Assembly (NCBI GenBank): GCA_965261545.1
Contig: CBDHDF010000010.1
Coordinates: forward strand, 896,001 to 960,000
Direction of reading: 5' to 3'
DNA: 64,000 nt
Origin: Bdellovibrionales bacterium
Lineage (GTDB): Bacteria > Bdellovibrionota > Bdellovibrionia > Bdellovibrionales > UBA1609
Shown here: piece by piece, positions 38,940 through 48,576 of the stretch
How positions within the stretch are numbered: the stretch's first letter is position 1
Layout: every line of letters starts with the position of its first letter
The notes under the pieces: model-generated
Told to the model about the DNA's origin: nothing
Databases searched by the model: none
Seen by the model: the letters and a program-made list of their open reading frames with translations, nothing else
Made by a program: the position numbers and the translations under genes

Positions 38940-39638
38940 GTGGGAAAAATGTATAAAGATAACTTGTTAGATCTCAATAAGTTTAGGAAGAAAAATAGGC
39001 TTGATAAAGAAAGTGGCAAAGAACCACAGCAAATGGTCGCCATGGGGCCGACCCAAGAAAACCCACTTTCTTCCCCGAAAATCAAAACCACTGCGCCGCC
39101 AAAGGCTGTTGGGTCGTCCACGGTGGCGGCAGCGGCACCATCCATTCCTGTTGGGCCGGAGGCTATGCAGTCTACCGTTAATTTCTCCGTGGAAAGGCCC
39201 ATAGAACCCATAGATATGACGGAGCGCCGTCAGAAAATTCTTAGCGATGAGAGGCGGCGTGCAAAAAGGACGATTCTTACTGAGTTTATTACAGCTTATA
39301 TTGTCATTCCCCAAAAGGGCCTACAAAATGTCATACTTTACGATATTTCAGAACAAGGATTGTCTTTTGATTTGGATATAGAATTTGGAGTTTTTAAGGT
39401 CCAAGAAGAGCTTGCCATGAGAGTTTATTTGCATCACCAAACCTACTTTCCATTTTCGGTGAGGGTGACCAACTTAAGATCCATAGAACTAGAGGGAGTA
39501 AGTCGTGTGGGAGTGCGCTTTATGGCAGGCGAGACAAACACCTTAGCCCTTCAGCACTTTGTGAATTTTATTGAAACTGTGAGCTTGAGCTTACAAAGTG
39601 ACTCAGGTGATATCCTTGTTACTAATATCAAAGAGTGA
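38940..39638 (+). CDS. PilZ domain protein
   Basis: RRRAKR (RxxxR) and DISEQG (DxSxxG). Confidence 0.8.
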   Translation: MGKMYKDNLLDLNKFRKKNRLDKESGKEPQQMVAMGPTQENPLSSPKIKTTAPPKAVGSSTVAAAAPSIPVGPEAMQSTVNFSVERPIEPIDMTERRQKILSDERRRAKRTILTEFITAYIVIPQKGLQNVILYDISEQGLSFDLDIEFGVFKVQEELAMRVYLHHQTYFPFSVRVTNLRSIELEGVSRVGVRFMAGETNTLALQHFVNFIETVSLSLQSDSGDILVTNIKE

Positions 39639-39654
39639 AGTGATGTGAATATTT

Positions 39655-39975
39655 TTAGACATGCTTTTTAATGAGGGAGACAATGTTATCCTTAGGTTGA
39701 TTTCCAACAATCTGCTCCACTTCTTCTCCATTTTTAAAGAGAATCATTGTAGGAATACCCTTCACTCCATATTTTGCCGGTGCTTGGGGGTTTTCATCAA
39801 TATTTACTTTCGTGATGGTCACTTGTCCATCCATTTCAGAGGATATTTCCTCAAGTTTAGGGGCCAAGGCTCGGCATGGACCACACCACTCAGCCCAAAA
39901 GTCCACGAGTACGGGGTCACTGGATTTAAGAACATTTTCCTCAAAACTTGCATCTGTCACAGGTAGTACAGGCAT
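39655..39975 (-). CDS. trxA: Thioredoxin
   Basis: WCGPC; GIPT. Confidence 0.96.
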   Translation of the reverse strand: MPVLPVTDASFEENVLKSSDPVLVDFWAEWCGPCRALAPKLEEISSEMDGQVTITKVNIDENPQAPAKYGVKGIPTMILFKNGEEVEQIVGNQPKDNIVSLIKKHV

Positions 39976-40130
39976 TTTGTCTCCTTTTGGGCAGAATAGA
40001 ATAGCCTAGAGCCTTCGTTCAAATATAAAAATAAATGTAACCTAGTATCTGCTTCCCGGCCAGTCATGTTGCATAAAATCATTAAAGAGAGGCTGCCCGC
40101 TTTCATTCATCAAAGGGGGGTTGACCACTC

Positions 40131-41279
40131 TCATTGAGGGTTTGCACCTTTGCTCCCCATGGAGTGCCATGCTCCAAGGGCAAACAAGCCATTGGGAAGC
40201 CACATGGCCACGGAGGCTGGAAGGAGCCCCTTTTTTGTCATAGCAATCGCTCCAGCATAGAGAACCCAGTAGATCACCATGCTACTTATGCAAATGACAA
40301 GTCCTACAGATTTTCCGCTGCGTTGTTGCACTTTCAGGCCGAGTCCCGCTCCTAGGATAACAAAGATGAGGCAGGCTGCAGAAAGAGCCCAGCGGCGGTG
40401 CAATTCAATGGAGAGCTTTTTAAATGTTTTGGCCTTTAAGTGTTGAGGGTTTTTTAGAACTTGGATCAACTCATGCATATTGTAGGAAAGAGGGGTCTTT
40501 TGCTTGTGGGCAGATGAATTGGGTTCAAAAAGCTGAATATTATTTTCTTTAAAGTGAACTGTCGCATGGGCGTTTTCTGAAACTCTGTGAAAACTTCCAT
40601 CAAAAAGATGAAGGTCAATGAAGTTGCCACCCGGCTCTGTGTGAGAGATCAAGTGTCCGCGCTTAGCAATGATCGTTAATGGTTCTGTACCATCTTTTTC
40701 TTTTTCACTATAAATAAAAACTCCCTTTAAAAGTCCTGTTTCTGGGTCGACCTCATTGGTGTAGACAACAATTTTAAAAAAACCTTCTAAAAAAACTCCT
40801 CCCTTAAGGGTCACATGGGGTTTGAGTTCTTTAAGTTCATGGACGAGAAGCTCCATTTGTCTGTTGCCCCAAGGGGCGAGGTAAAAAGAAATTTGTGCAG
40901 AAAGAATGGCCACCAAGATGCCTAAAATAAAGGCTGGAAAAAGAAGATGAAGCTTTTTTAAACCAAGGGATTGAAAGGCAATAACTTCTGAATCGGCACT
41001 CATTCGTCCATATGTCAGAATGACCGCAAAGAAAAGACTCATGGGCAGGGTGATGGGTAGAAAACCAAGGGAGAAATAGAAAACAATCTGAGCGATGGTT
41101 TGTCCCCCGACATGGTGGGGCAGTATATACTCAAGGAGGTTAAAGAATTGGAAAATGATGGTCACAACAAGGAGGGCAAAAAAAACCAACCCAAGGGCTG
41201 ATAGCATTTCAGAAAACGTGTATCTAATAGCCCGGCGGCCACGCCAAAGATCGCAAAATTTGGAGATCATGATTTTCAA
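40131..41279 (-). CDS. lptF: LPS export ABC transporter permease LptF
   Basis: YGRMSADSEVIA..SLG, ELHRR, WLPN. Confidence 0.85.
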   Translation of the reverse strand: MKIMISKFCDLWRGRRAIRYTFSEMLSALGLVFFALLVVTIIFQFFNLLEYILPHHVGGQTIAQIVFYFSLGFLPITLPMSLFFAVILTYGRMSADSEVIAFQSLGLKKLHLLFPAFILGILVAILSAQISFYLAPWGNRQMELLVHELKELKPHVTLKGGVFLEGFFKIVVYTNEVDPETGLLKGVFIYSEKEKDGTEPLTIIAKRGHLISHTEPGGNFIDLHLFDGSFHRVSENAHATVHFKENNIQLFEPNSSAHKQKTPLSYNMHELIQVLKNPQHLKAKTFKKLSIELHRRWALSAACLIFVILGAGLGLKVQQRSGKSVGLVICISSMVIYWVLYAGAIAMTKKGLLPASVAMWLPNGLFALGAWHSMGSKGANPQ

Positions 41280-41394
41280 ACTTAACTATAGATTTGCGGA
41301 ATTTACAAAGGAATTTGCAAAGGAGTTTAAAAAACTCCAGTTTTTTGAGGCAATTCGACCTTGACCAAGAATCCCTAAATTTAAATAATAAGGA

Positions 41395-42282
41395 ATGGGC
41401 AAGGTTCTTGTTGTTGTCGATAACTCAGATGAAATGTTCTACCTCCAGGGCTTGCTCACACAAGTGGGCTTTCATGTGGACGGGACGTCGCATTTTCACA
41501 TGGCCTCAGTCTTGTTAACTTCTTTTTCTCCCCAAATTGTCATTGTCAAAACCTCCAAGGGCCTCAAGGGCAGTTTACCCTTGATTCATGCCGCTCAGAG
41601 AATGAAAAAGCCTCCAAAATTGATATTATTTCATCCCCCAAGAAATATTCAAAGTAGAGAGCAGAGCGACACTCAAGGTGAGGCTTGGGGAGGGGAGCAA
41701 ATTGAGGCTCGGAGTGAAGCCGGGAGTCAAAGTAGCTCCCCCATTGTGAACCGAGTGCTCACTTCTCCCATTAACTCACTGGAACTATTGAAGGCAATCT
41801 CTGAGTTAGGTCCATTTTCCTTGGAAGCTCTCAGGGAGAAGGCCCTAGAGTTCAAAACTCCTCCTTGGGACCACGAGCCAGGGGAGGCTATGGTGATTCA
41901 TGGCTCTCGTCAAAAACGGAGGGAAGCCCTTGTTATTCCTGGGGCTTCGATTCCCAAGGGAGAAGCTTTAGATAGAAACATTTTAGTAGACAAAGATCAT
42001 GTTTCCCTACCGGCTCCTTCCAAAAAGTCTCCTGAACCCGTGGCTGATTTTAACTCCTTTCTTTCCAAGCCAGAAGGTCGTAGAGAAAAATATAAATCAC
42101 TTCTGAAAGGTCAGAAGCCCTTGGAAAAGAAGTGTTTTTCTAGGGAGAATGTGGAGGGCCTTACGCAAACAATTCGAGAGCTTTGGGATGAAGGCTTAGA
42201 GACACAGCTTCAAAGAGAAAGGCAGGAGTTTGTAAAAACTTTATTTCAAGAGGGGCACAAAAAAAATATGACTCCTCGTTGA
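41395..42282 (+). CDS. Protein with degenerate N-terminal receiver-like domain
   Basis: KVLVVVDN...L.GLL..VGFHV...SPQIVIVK. Confidence 0.6.
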   Translation: MGKVLVVVDNSDEMFYLQGLLTQVGFHVDGTSHFHMASVLLTSFSPQIVIVKTSKGLKGSLPLIHAAQRMKKPPKLILFHPPRNIQSREQSDTQGEAWGGEQIEARSEAGSQSSSPIVNRVLTSPINSLELLKAISELGPFSLEALREKALEFKTPPWDHEPGEAMVIHGSRQKRREALVIPGASIPKGEALDRNILVDKDHVSLPAPSKKSPEPVADFNSFLSKPEGRREKYKSLLKGQKPLEKKCFSRENVEGLTQTIRELWDEGLETQLQRERQEFVKTLFQEGHKKNMTPR

Positions 42283-42425
42283 AGAAAATGAACTCTCGCT
42301 GAGAGAAATGAGTGAGAAAATTAAGTGAGATAAATGGAGGACAAATGACTGATTGCAAAATAATGATAGTAAATACCAAATTTTGCTCTTGAATTCTTTT
42401 AAAAAATACTTGATCATTAAGTGTT

Positions 42426-42896
42426 ATGAAGATTTCTTATTTTTTAAATATATACAGAATTCTGGTGTTTAAAGCCTTTCGGATCACCCCTAAGACAAAC
42501 CTTAGGCTAGGACTGTTTTCATCTATTTTACTGTCATTTCTTTTTGGATGTGGACATGGTTCCCATGTAAAAAAACAGGACCCCTCTGAAAATCTCACGG
42601 TGGGCAAGGCACAAGCCCAAATCAAGGTGGGAATGAGTGGGGGGGCCGTGGCTCAAATTTTGGGTTCACCAAATATAGTTTCCACGGGGGAAGACGGCCA
42701 CGAAGTTTGGATATATGACAAAATCAGTCGCGATGTCTCCCGGTCATCTTCCCAAGCAGGTGTTTGGTTGATTTTGGGAGGGATTGGCCAATCCTCTTCT
42801 CAATGGTCGTCTGCGGAGAAAACCCTCACTATTGTTATAAAATTTGATGAGCAGAAAAAAGTTAAAAGTCTTTCCTATCACTCATCCAAGTTTTAG
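42426..42896 (+). CDS. BamE/SmpA-like lipoprotein
   Basis: Lipobox LFGC; IKVGMS...ILGSP...VWIY. Confidence 0.75.
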   Translation: MKISYFLNIYRILVFKAFRITPKTNLRLGLFSSILLSFLFGCGHGSHVKKQDPSENLTVGKAQAQIKVGMSGGAVAQILGSPNIVSTGEDGHEVWIYDKISRDVSRSSSQAGVWLILGGIGQSSSQWSSAEKTLTIVIKFDEQKKVKSLSYHSSKF

Positions 42897-42927
42897 ATAA
42901 TTATTTCTACTCATTTTATAAGGAAGC

Positions 42928-43542
42928 ATGGTATCCATAAAGCACTTTCCCTTATTATCTTTCCGGATATACCCATCTTTCCTGTATCTCGCCTTTTTCT
43001 TATTCTTATCTGGGTTTTTATCTGGTTGTCTTGTTACAGTCCCTAGTGATGCTTTAAAGTTGAGTCCAGAGTCTTTAAGAGTCAAGCAACTGCAAACCCG
43101 TCGATTTGATGGGGCCGTTATGGGTGACATCATTTCAGCAGTGGCGGGCGTCATTCAAGATTTGGGCTATACCATAGATGAAACAGAGTCTAAGTTGGGA
43201 ATCCTTGTGGGCTCCAAGCAAAGAAGTGCTAAGGATGCAGCTCAAATCACAACAGCGGTTGTAATCACTCTTCTGGGGGGTGGAGCGCCTCCTCCCGTGG
43301 ACGATAAGCAAACCATCAGGATATCTGTGGTCGTAAGGCCCCTCAAATTGAATCAAGTGGTGGATAGCAAAGAGCTTGACCCTCGCCCCCAGCCCCTTAT
43401 TGTCAGAGTTACATTTCAAAGAATCGTTTGGAATACAGAGAGAGAAGTCAGCCGTCGGGAATCCATAGAAAATCCTAAAATATATAGGTCCTTTTTTAGT
43501 AAACTATCTAAATCCATTTTCCTTGAGGCTCACAAAATATGA
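42928..43542 (+). CDS. Hypothetical lipoprotein
   Basis: Lipobox LSGC; paralog of 43607-44113. Confidence 0.75.
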   Translation: MVSIKHFPLLSFRIYPSFLYLAFFLFLSGFLSGCLVTVPSDALKLSPESLRVKQLQTRRFDGAVMGDIISAVAGVIQDLGYTIDETESKLGILVGSKQRSAKDAAQITTAVVITLLGGGAPPPVDDKQTIRISVVVRPLKLNQVVDSKELDPRPQPLIVRVTFQRIVWNTEREVSRRESIENPKIYRSFFSKLSKSIFLEAHKI

Positions 43543-43606
43543 AAACAATGAAAGTGACGAAGAACATGCAAAGCATACAAATGACTAGAGGTATGGAAGT
43601 TATATT

Positions 43607-44113
43607 ATGAGAAATATGGAGTGTGTGAAAAAAATGAAAATTATTAGAAGCATAGAAGTTATTAGAAGAATGAGAATCATGGGAAGCATGAAAAATATTC
43701 AGAGAATGGGAATTCTTATTTGTTTTATGGCTTCTATTTTTGTTGTGTCTTGTGCCAACACACAAAATGCTGCCCTAGAAGAGGGCAGCCAAGTTCAATT
43801 AAGAAACATACAAACGAGGGCCTTTCACACAAAAAATAAAAAAAAAATGCTCATTGCTGTTGTAGGGGCCCTTCAGGACTTGGGCTTTGTTATATCAAAA
43901 GCTGATTACGATGTAGGAACTGTCAGTGCTGAAAAGTTGGATGGGTACAATCTCAAAATCACTGTCACTGTGAGAAAAAAAGGGAAGAGTCAAATATTAG
44001 TTAGGGCCAGTGCTCAGTACAATACAAGGATGGTCTCAGATCCCAAGCCCTACCGGGATTTTTTTACCTCTCTTTCCAAGTCTATCTTTCTTGAAGCTCA
44101 TTCCGTGCATTAA
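43607..44113 (+). CDS. Hypothetical lipoprotein (true start probably ~43688)
   Basis: Lipobox VVSC; QTRAF, LQDLGF, FFTSLSKSIFLEAH. Confidence 0.75.
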   Translation: MRNMECVKKMKIIRSIEVIRRMRIMGSMKNIQRMGILICFMASIFVVSCANTQNAALEEGSQVQLRNIQTRAFHTKNKKKMLIAVVGALQDLGFVISKADYDVGTVSAEKLDGYNLKITVTVRKKGKSQILVRASAQYNTRMVSDPKPYRDFFTSLSKSIFLEAHSVH

Positions 44114-44871
44114 TGATAATAAGGGACCACAAAATGCATGAATTTTTCCATAGATTTTTAAAAACATCATTCACAATATCGGCCATGATATTAGTTATTA
44201 TGACTATAGGCCATGGTGGGGTGACGATAGGTCATGCTGCTGGGGTAGGGTCTACCTCGAAAGAGTCTGGAAAAAAAACACCTTTCCTCCCCCACTGCTC
44301 TTACCATATTAAGAAGGCTGACCTGGAGTGGACGGGTTTTAAAACTACAGATAAGGTTCCTGTTCGAGGGACATTTAAGAAAATAGATTATGAGGCTGGT
44401 AAAGCCAGCACTCCCCTGGGTGTTATTAAAAAGGCCAAATTTAAAATATCTACATCCACTGTTACTTCGGGAGATTCATTAAGAGACCAAAGGCTTGCCA
44501 AGAAATTCTTTGCGCTCATGGTGGGAGATATCTCAGGGGAGGTCACGGGTGTGACTCCTCGGTTTTCTCTTCGAGGTCAGCCAAAAGATCATTTAAAGGA
44601 CCACCCAGAGGATCATTCCAAGGGAATCATTCAGTTGAAGTTGACCATGAATGGACAATCGAGGCCATTGAAATTAAGGTTTCAATTTAAGGACCCATTG
44701 AGTTTAAGGGCCCAAGGCAAGATGAATATTTTTAACTTCAAAGGCACAAAGGCTCTTAACATTTTAAGTGAGGAGTGTAAGAATCTCCACAAGGGCAAAG
44801 ATGGAATTTCAAAAACTTGGTCTGAGGTGGGCCTCAAAGTAGAGATTGAACTGGAAAAAACTTGCCTATAA
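44113..44871 (+). CDS. YceI family protein
   Basis: WTGFK...VRGTF...VTSGDSLRD...LTMNG. Confidence 0.75.
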   Translation: MIIRDHKMHEFFHRFLKTSFTISAMILVIMTIGHGGVTIGHAAGVGSTSKESGKKTPFLPHCSYHIKKADLEWTGFKTTDKVPVRGTFKKIDYEAGKASTPLGVIKKAKFKISTSTVTSGDSLRDQRLAKKFFALMVGDISGEVTGVTPRFSLRGQPKDHLKDHPEDHSKGIIQLKLTMNGQSRPLKLRFQFKDPLSLRAQGKMNIFNFKGTKALNILSEECKNLHKGKDGISKTWSEVGLKVEIELEKTCL

Positions 44872-44907
44872 ATAACGTCTATCATACAAAGGTGTCTATG
44901 CTTGACG

Positions 44908-46324
44908 CAATGCCGTTTCCTTAAGCCACCACACCCCTCTGCCTCTGCGTTAAGCTATTTCTTTTAAAAGAACTCCCAGCCCTTTTGATAGACCTTTCAT
45001 AGCTTCTTTTGAAGTGCCTCCTCTTCTCCATTGAAATCTTCATCAGCAACTTTATCTGCTTCCTAAATTTCTGATAGAGCCCCGCAACAAAAAGGGGGAT
45101 GCTATCCATTATGAAATCAAGAATCAGTTTAAAGTTAGGTTTTTTGTAGTCATTTTTTACCAACTGATTCACACTGTCTTCATCCTCATTTATGCTCATT
45201 TGAATCTTTGTATAATTGAAGAGCCAAAAATAAGAATACAGCTCTTGCAATATTCCATTAAGGCTTGTTGAGTGCCACTGCTCCATTTTCATTGTCGATG
45301 TAAAATCACGAAATGTCGTTTCTATTTCCCAACGACGAGAGTAAAGAGCAACCATATCCTTCTTGTCCAAGGAGCCATGCGGAAGATTAGTGGCCAAAAC
45401 AGAGAACTCCCCAGTCTTTGGGTTTTTATACTTATAGAGATGAATGACCACCCCCTCAATAACCATTTGTGAATACCAACCTGGGCCATTAAATAAATTT
45501 ACGATGGGGATAAAAGTAGAGCCTCGCTTACAACGCGCAATAAAGAAGTTACTGGCTTGAGCATGGGCCTTAATAATCTCTGTAGATAAATAAAGCCTAT
45601 CGTAGAGAGTTATGCTATTACTCTCAAAACTACCTATCATTTGAATAGCATTGGCGATTTCGTTGAGAGCGGGAGAAAAGCAAAGATTCTTTGTCACACC
45701 CGATAAAACGTCATAAGCATGAGATAGATACATACGTAAGAAATGAGTTTCCATCTCATTTGGGCAAGGGTACCCACAATAACCCTCCTTTAAAAGATCT
45801 TTAGAGCGAGGAAGTGCTAATTGGTCGCCATCTATGGCATAGATATAAAAACCATGAAACGTTTTTCTCAATGGTTCGTAGTCTGTAATCAGAGATTCAA
45901 AGATATCTTTGAAAAATAGGTAAGAAATACTTTGACGTATCTTGCTGAGACTGCTTTTGACTGGCATGAGAAGCAGGTCACCAAAATGAGTCCATACCGT
46001 CTTAAGAGCGATTTGGTAGCCTTCGTAATTTGTTCCGGAAATAAGATAGATAATGGTAAAAAAGAAAATTTGAGGATTAAATTTTCGATTCCTTTTTTGT
46101 TTTTCTGGATCGACAAGGTGCTCTGGCTTGAAGGAAGAATCAAGTTTTGGTAGAATAAAATGGTCATCTGTGACGCGAACTCGTCATTTGGGGGCTTTCG
46201 AGATCAATATTGGATTGCATGTGACTTACTCCTTGGTTGAGGGTTGGGTGTAAAATAAAACAAGTCTTATTCTTGTCGATTTATCTAATGATTTCAAGAG
46301 ATTTTTCTTAAGGAAACGGCATTG
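44908..46324 (-). mobile_element. IS4-family insertion sequence, 1417 bp
   Basis: Perfect 18-bp IRs CAATGCCGTTTCCTTAAG (44908-44925 and 46307-46324). 10-bp TSD ATGCTTGACG (44898-44907 and 46325-46334). Confidence 0.95.
44921..46220 (-). CDS. IS4 transposase with a frameshift near the 5' end
   Basis: DDE motifs AIDGD, YDRLY, YSRRWEIE. The long frame is open from 46183, but the AGGAG-preceded ATG at 46220 is in another frame. Confidence 0.8.
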
Positions 46325-47447
46325 ATGCTTGACGGGGAGCCATCAAGTATTTGCGCATATTTTCATTGTTTTTTCTCCAAATAGAAAAATCAATAAAATA
46401 ATGATGAATATTGATGAAAATGACAAAAAGAAACATGAAGAATTCTGTTCCAAGCAAGGATTGATTATAAGCCACATGCCTATCAAGAAGGTTTGGAATT
46501 CCAGAAAAAAATAAAAACCCGAGAACGAGACTTCCCACAATATAGACTGATGCTTCTCGAAGCATCAGTCCTCGTCCATGAGCCTCATTTTCACCAAGAG
46601 CTAATTTCTCACGAGAACGATTCTTCACATAGGCCAAGGAAAAAAGTAGATATTGCAGAGAATGAAAAAAGGGAATCATATAAAAATAAATAGGATGATA
46701 AAAAATAGGGATATACCAAGCATAAATAGAGAGAAAAGCAATAACACTATTGAGGGGGATCCACTGGCCTGTTTTAATAAACTTCTGAAGAACCTGCCCT
46801 ATAAAAACCAAAAATGATGAAAGAATAAGAGAATAACAAATAGAAGTGCTCATCTCAGGAAATTGAAAAGTCAAATAATGAATTCCGTGAAACTCTAAGA
46901 GGTTCTGACTAAGATTACCCCCGAAAAAGGAAATCATCCACATTCCAAGCATATTGAGAGATAAAATCATACGCTCGGTTTTGGAGAAATAAACACCCTG
47001 TAGAGCTGAAGTCACAACAACACATCCTATGATTTGTTTGACATAATGATGACCCACCAGAAAGAACATAGCATTGACAACGTAACCCAAATGTTCTGAG
47101 GAAGAGATACTCACACTCCACATGACATAAGCGATGAAAACGGCCGGCATAATGACGCCTGAGAAGAAAAGGCGCCAATCTTTAGTGATCCTTTTTAAAT
47201 TGTCTATGTACAAAAACTGATAAGAAATCAAGAAGTGTGGATGGTTCACAATGAAGGCGAGGTAAAACATGGTCCAAGATATTGTAGAAATATCTTGATT
47301 CTTTGGAACAAATAAAATGCATATGGCTGCAACAATAATCGAAAGCCCACCAATCATAAGAAAATCCACCTGAGGGTGCAACAGATAGCGATGGGTCGAT
47401 GGAGTAGCTTGTATTGACACTTTTACCTTTTTTTCTTCCACAGGCAT
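46308..47447 (-). CDS. Polytopic membrane protein with four His motifs
   Basis: About 9-10 TM segments; NHPHF, GHHY, FHSLQY, IHHYFID. Confidence 0.75.
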   Translation of the reverse strand: MPVEEKKVKVSIQATPSTHRYLLHPQVDFLMIGGLSIIVAAICILFVPKNQDISTISWTMFYLAFIVNHPHFLISYQFLYIDNLKRITKDWRLFFSGVIMPAVFIAYVMWSVSISSSEHLGYVVNAMFFLVGHHYVKQIIGCVVVTSALQGVYFSKTERMILSLNMLGMWMISFFGGNLSQNLLEFHGIHYLTFQFPEMSTSICYSLILSSFLVFIGQVLQKFIKTGQWIPLNSVIAFLSIYAWYIPIFYHPIYFYMIPFFHSLQYLLFSLAYVKNRSREKLALGENEAHGRGLMLREASVYIVGSLVLGFLFFSGIPNLLDRHVAYNQSLLGTEFFMFLFVIFINIHHYFIDFSIWRKNNENMRKYLMAPRQASMPFP

Positions 47448-47452
47448 TGAGA

Positions 47453-47842
47453 TTATAGGTCTTGAAAGTTGCCTTTTTTGGGGTGTTTTTTTTCTATGGC
47501 CCTCTTGTATTCTTTGTAGTTATCGGCATCTTGGAGGCTTTGGTCCACTGCATCCTCCTTAGGGGGACCTCTGTAGATGACCTTTGCATCCTTAAAATGA
47601 ACTTCCAAGACCTTCTCTGTATGTTTGTATGTGTACATCCATCTATCTACGCCCTTATGACGCTCGACACGATCGGGGCTTCCTAGTTTCTCAACCACTT
47701 CCGACTTACCTATTCCAAGGGGAAGGGACTCAACGGCTTCTTTGTGTGTAGGCGTCGAGCAGTGGCAGAGTCCTATACTTATCAGCACCCATAGGCAGCA
47801 CATAGAGACATTAGAGATATATAAATCTAACTGTAATTTCAT
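47453..47842 (-). CDS. BamE/SmpA-like lipoprotein
   Basis: GGAGG RBS; LGIGKSEVVEKLGSPD...RWMY. Confidence 0.7.
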   Translation of the reverse strand: MKLQLDLYISNVSMCCLWVLISIGLCHCSTPTHKEAVESLPLGIGKSEVVEKLGSPDRVERHKGVDRWMYTYKHTEKVLEVHFKDAKVIYRGPPKEDAVDQSLQDADNYKEYKRAIEKKHPKKGNFQDL

Positions 47843-48024
47843 AGATTCCTCCTATGCATTGTTATATAAAAAGTTTCTGTGGAGTCAATAAAAGTTGTCA
47901 ATTGTAGACATAGGACGTAATAATGTAAGCGCTGGACAACAAACAATTAAGATAAAAGATAAAAAGGGCAAAAGATGAAAGACCAAAAGAATATTCTTTT
48001 TTTTGGTAACGCGGTGGTATAACG

Positions 48025-48573
48025 ATGCATTACGATCAAGGAAGCTACAATAGCAGTGGATTCAAGATTTTTGCTTTTTCAATGGTATTTTCCCTCTCTT
48101 TTTTTGTGTATATTGGCTTTATTCACGAAGGGGTTGATTTAAAAGAAATCCCAGAGGAGCCCGCCCAAGAACAAATGGAGGGCAGTGGAGAAAGTCCAAT
48201 CTCTGAAACTATTGATATCACTGGTGTTACCAACCCTTGGATGGAAAGTACTGAGATGATTGCCCATGGTCAAAAGATCTACAAGCAAGCTTGTGCCATC
48301 TGTCATGGTCCTGGTGGAATGGGGGATGGTGCTGCGGGTAAAAGTCTTCCTGAGAAGCCACGAGACTTTGTGGAGGGCTCGTGGGAAAGCCAAGGAACAG
48401 CGGAGGCCCTCTACAAGGTTATCAAAGATGGACAAGGCAAATTTATGGCTTCTTTTGCCCATCTTCCCAAAAATGACCGCTGGGCTGTTGTTCACTATAT
48501 TCGCTCCATAACAAAGAACAAAGTGGAGGATAAGCCTAGCCAACTGGAGGCTTTTGGGAAAACAGCAGAGTGA
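48025..48573 (+). CDS. Membrane-anchored c-type cytochrome
   Basis: CAICH; distal Met in FMASF. Confidence 0.9.
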   Translation: MHYDQGSYNSSGFKIFAFSMVFSLSFFVYIGFIHEGVDLKEIPEEPAQEQMEGSGESPISETIDITGVTNPWMESTEMIAHGQKIYKQACAICHGPGGMGDGAAGKSLPEKPRDFVEGSWESQGTAEALYKVIKDGQGKFMASFAHLPKNDRWAVVHYIRSITKNKVEDKPSQLEAFGKTAE

Positions 48574-48576
48574 AAA

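Noticed and set aside
45889..46167. ORF 45889-46167 as the transposase N-terminus
   Set aside because: The homologous N-terminal sequence lies in the main transposase frame (46183-45968), not in this ORF.
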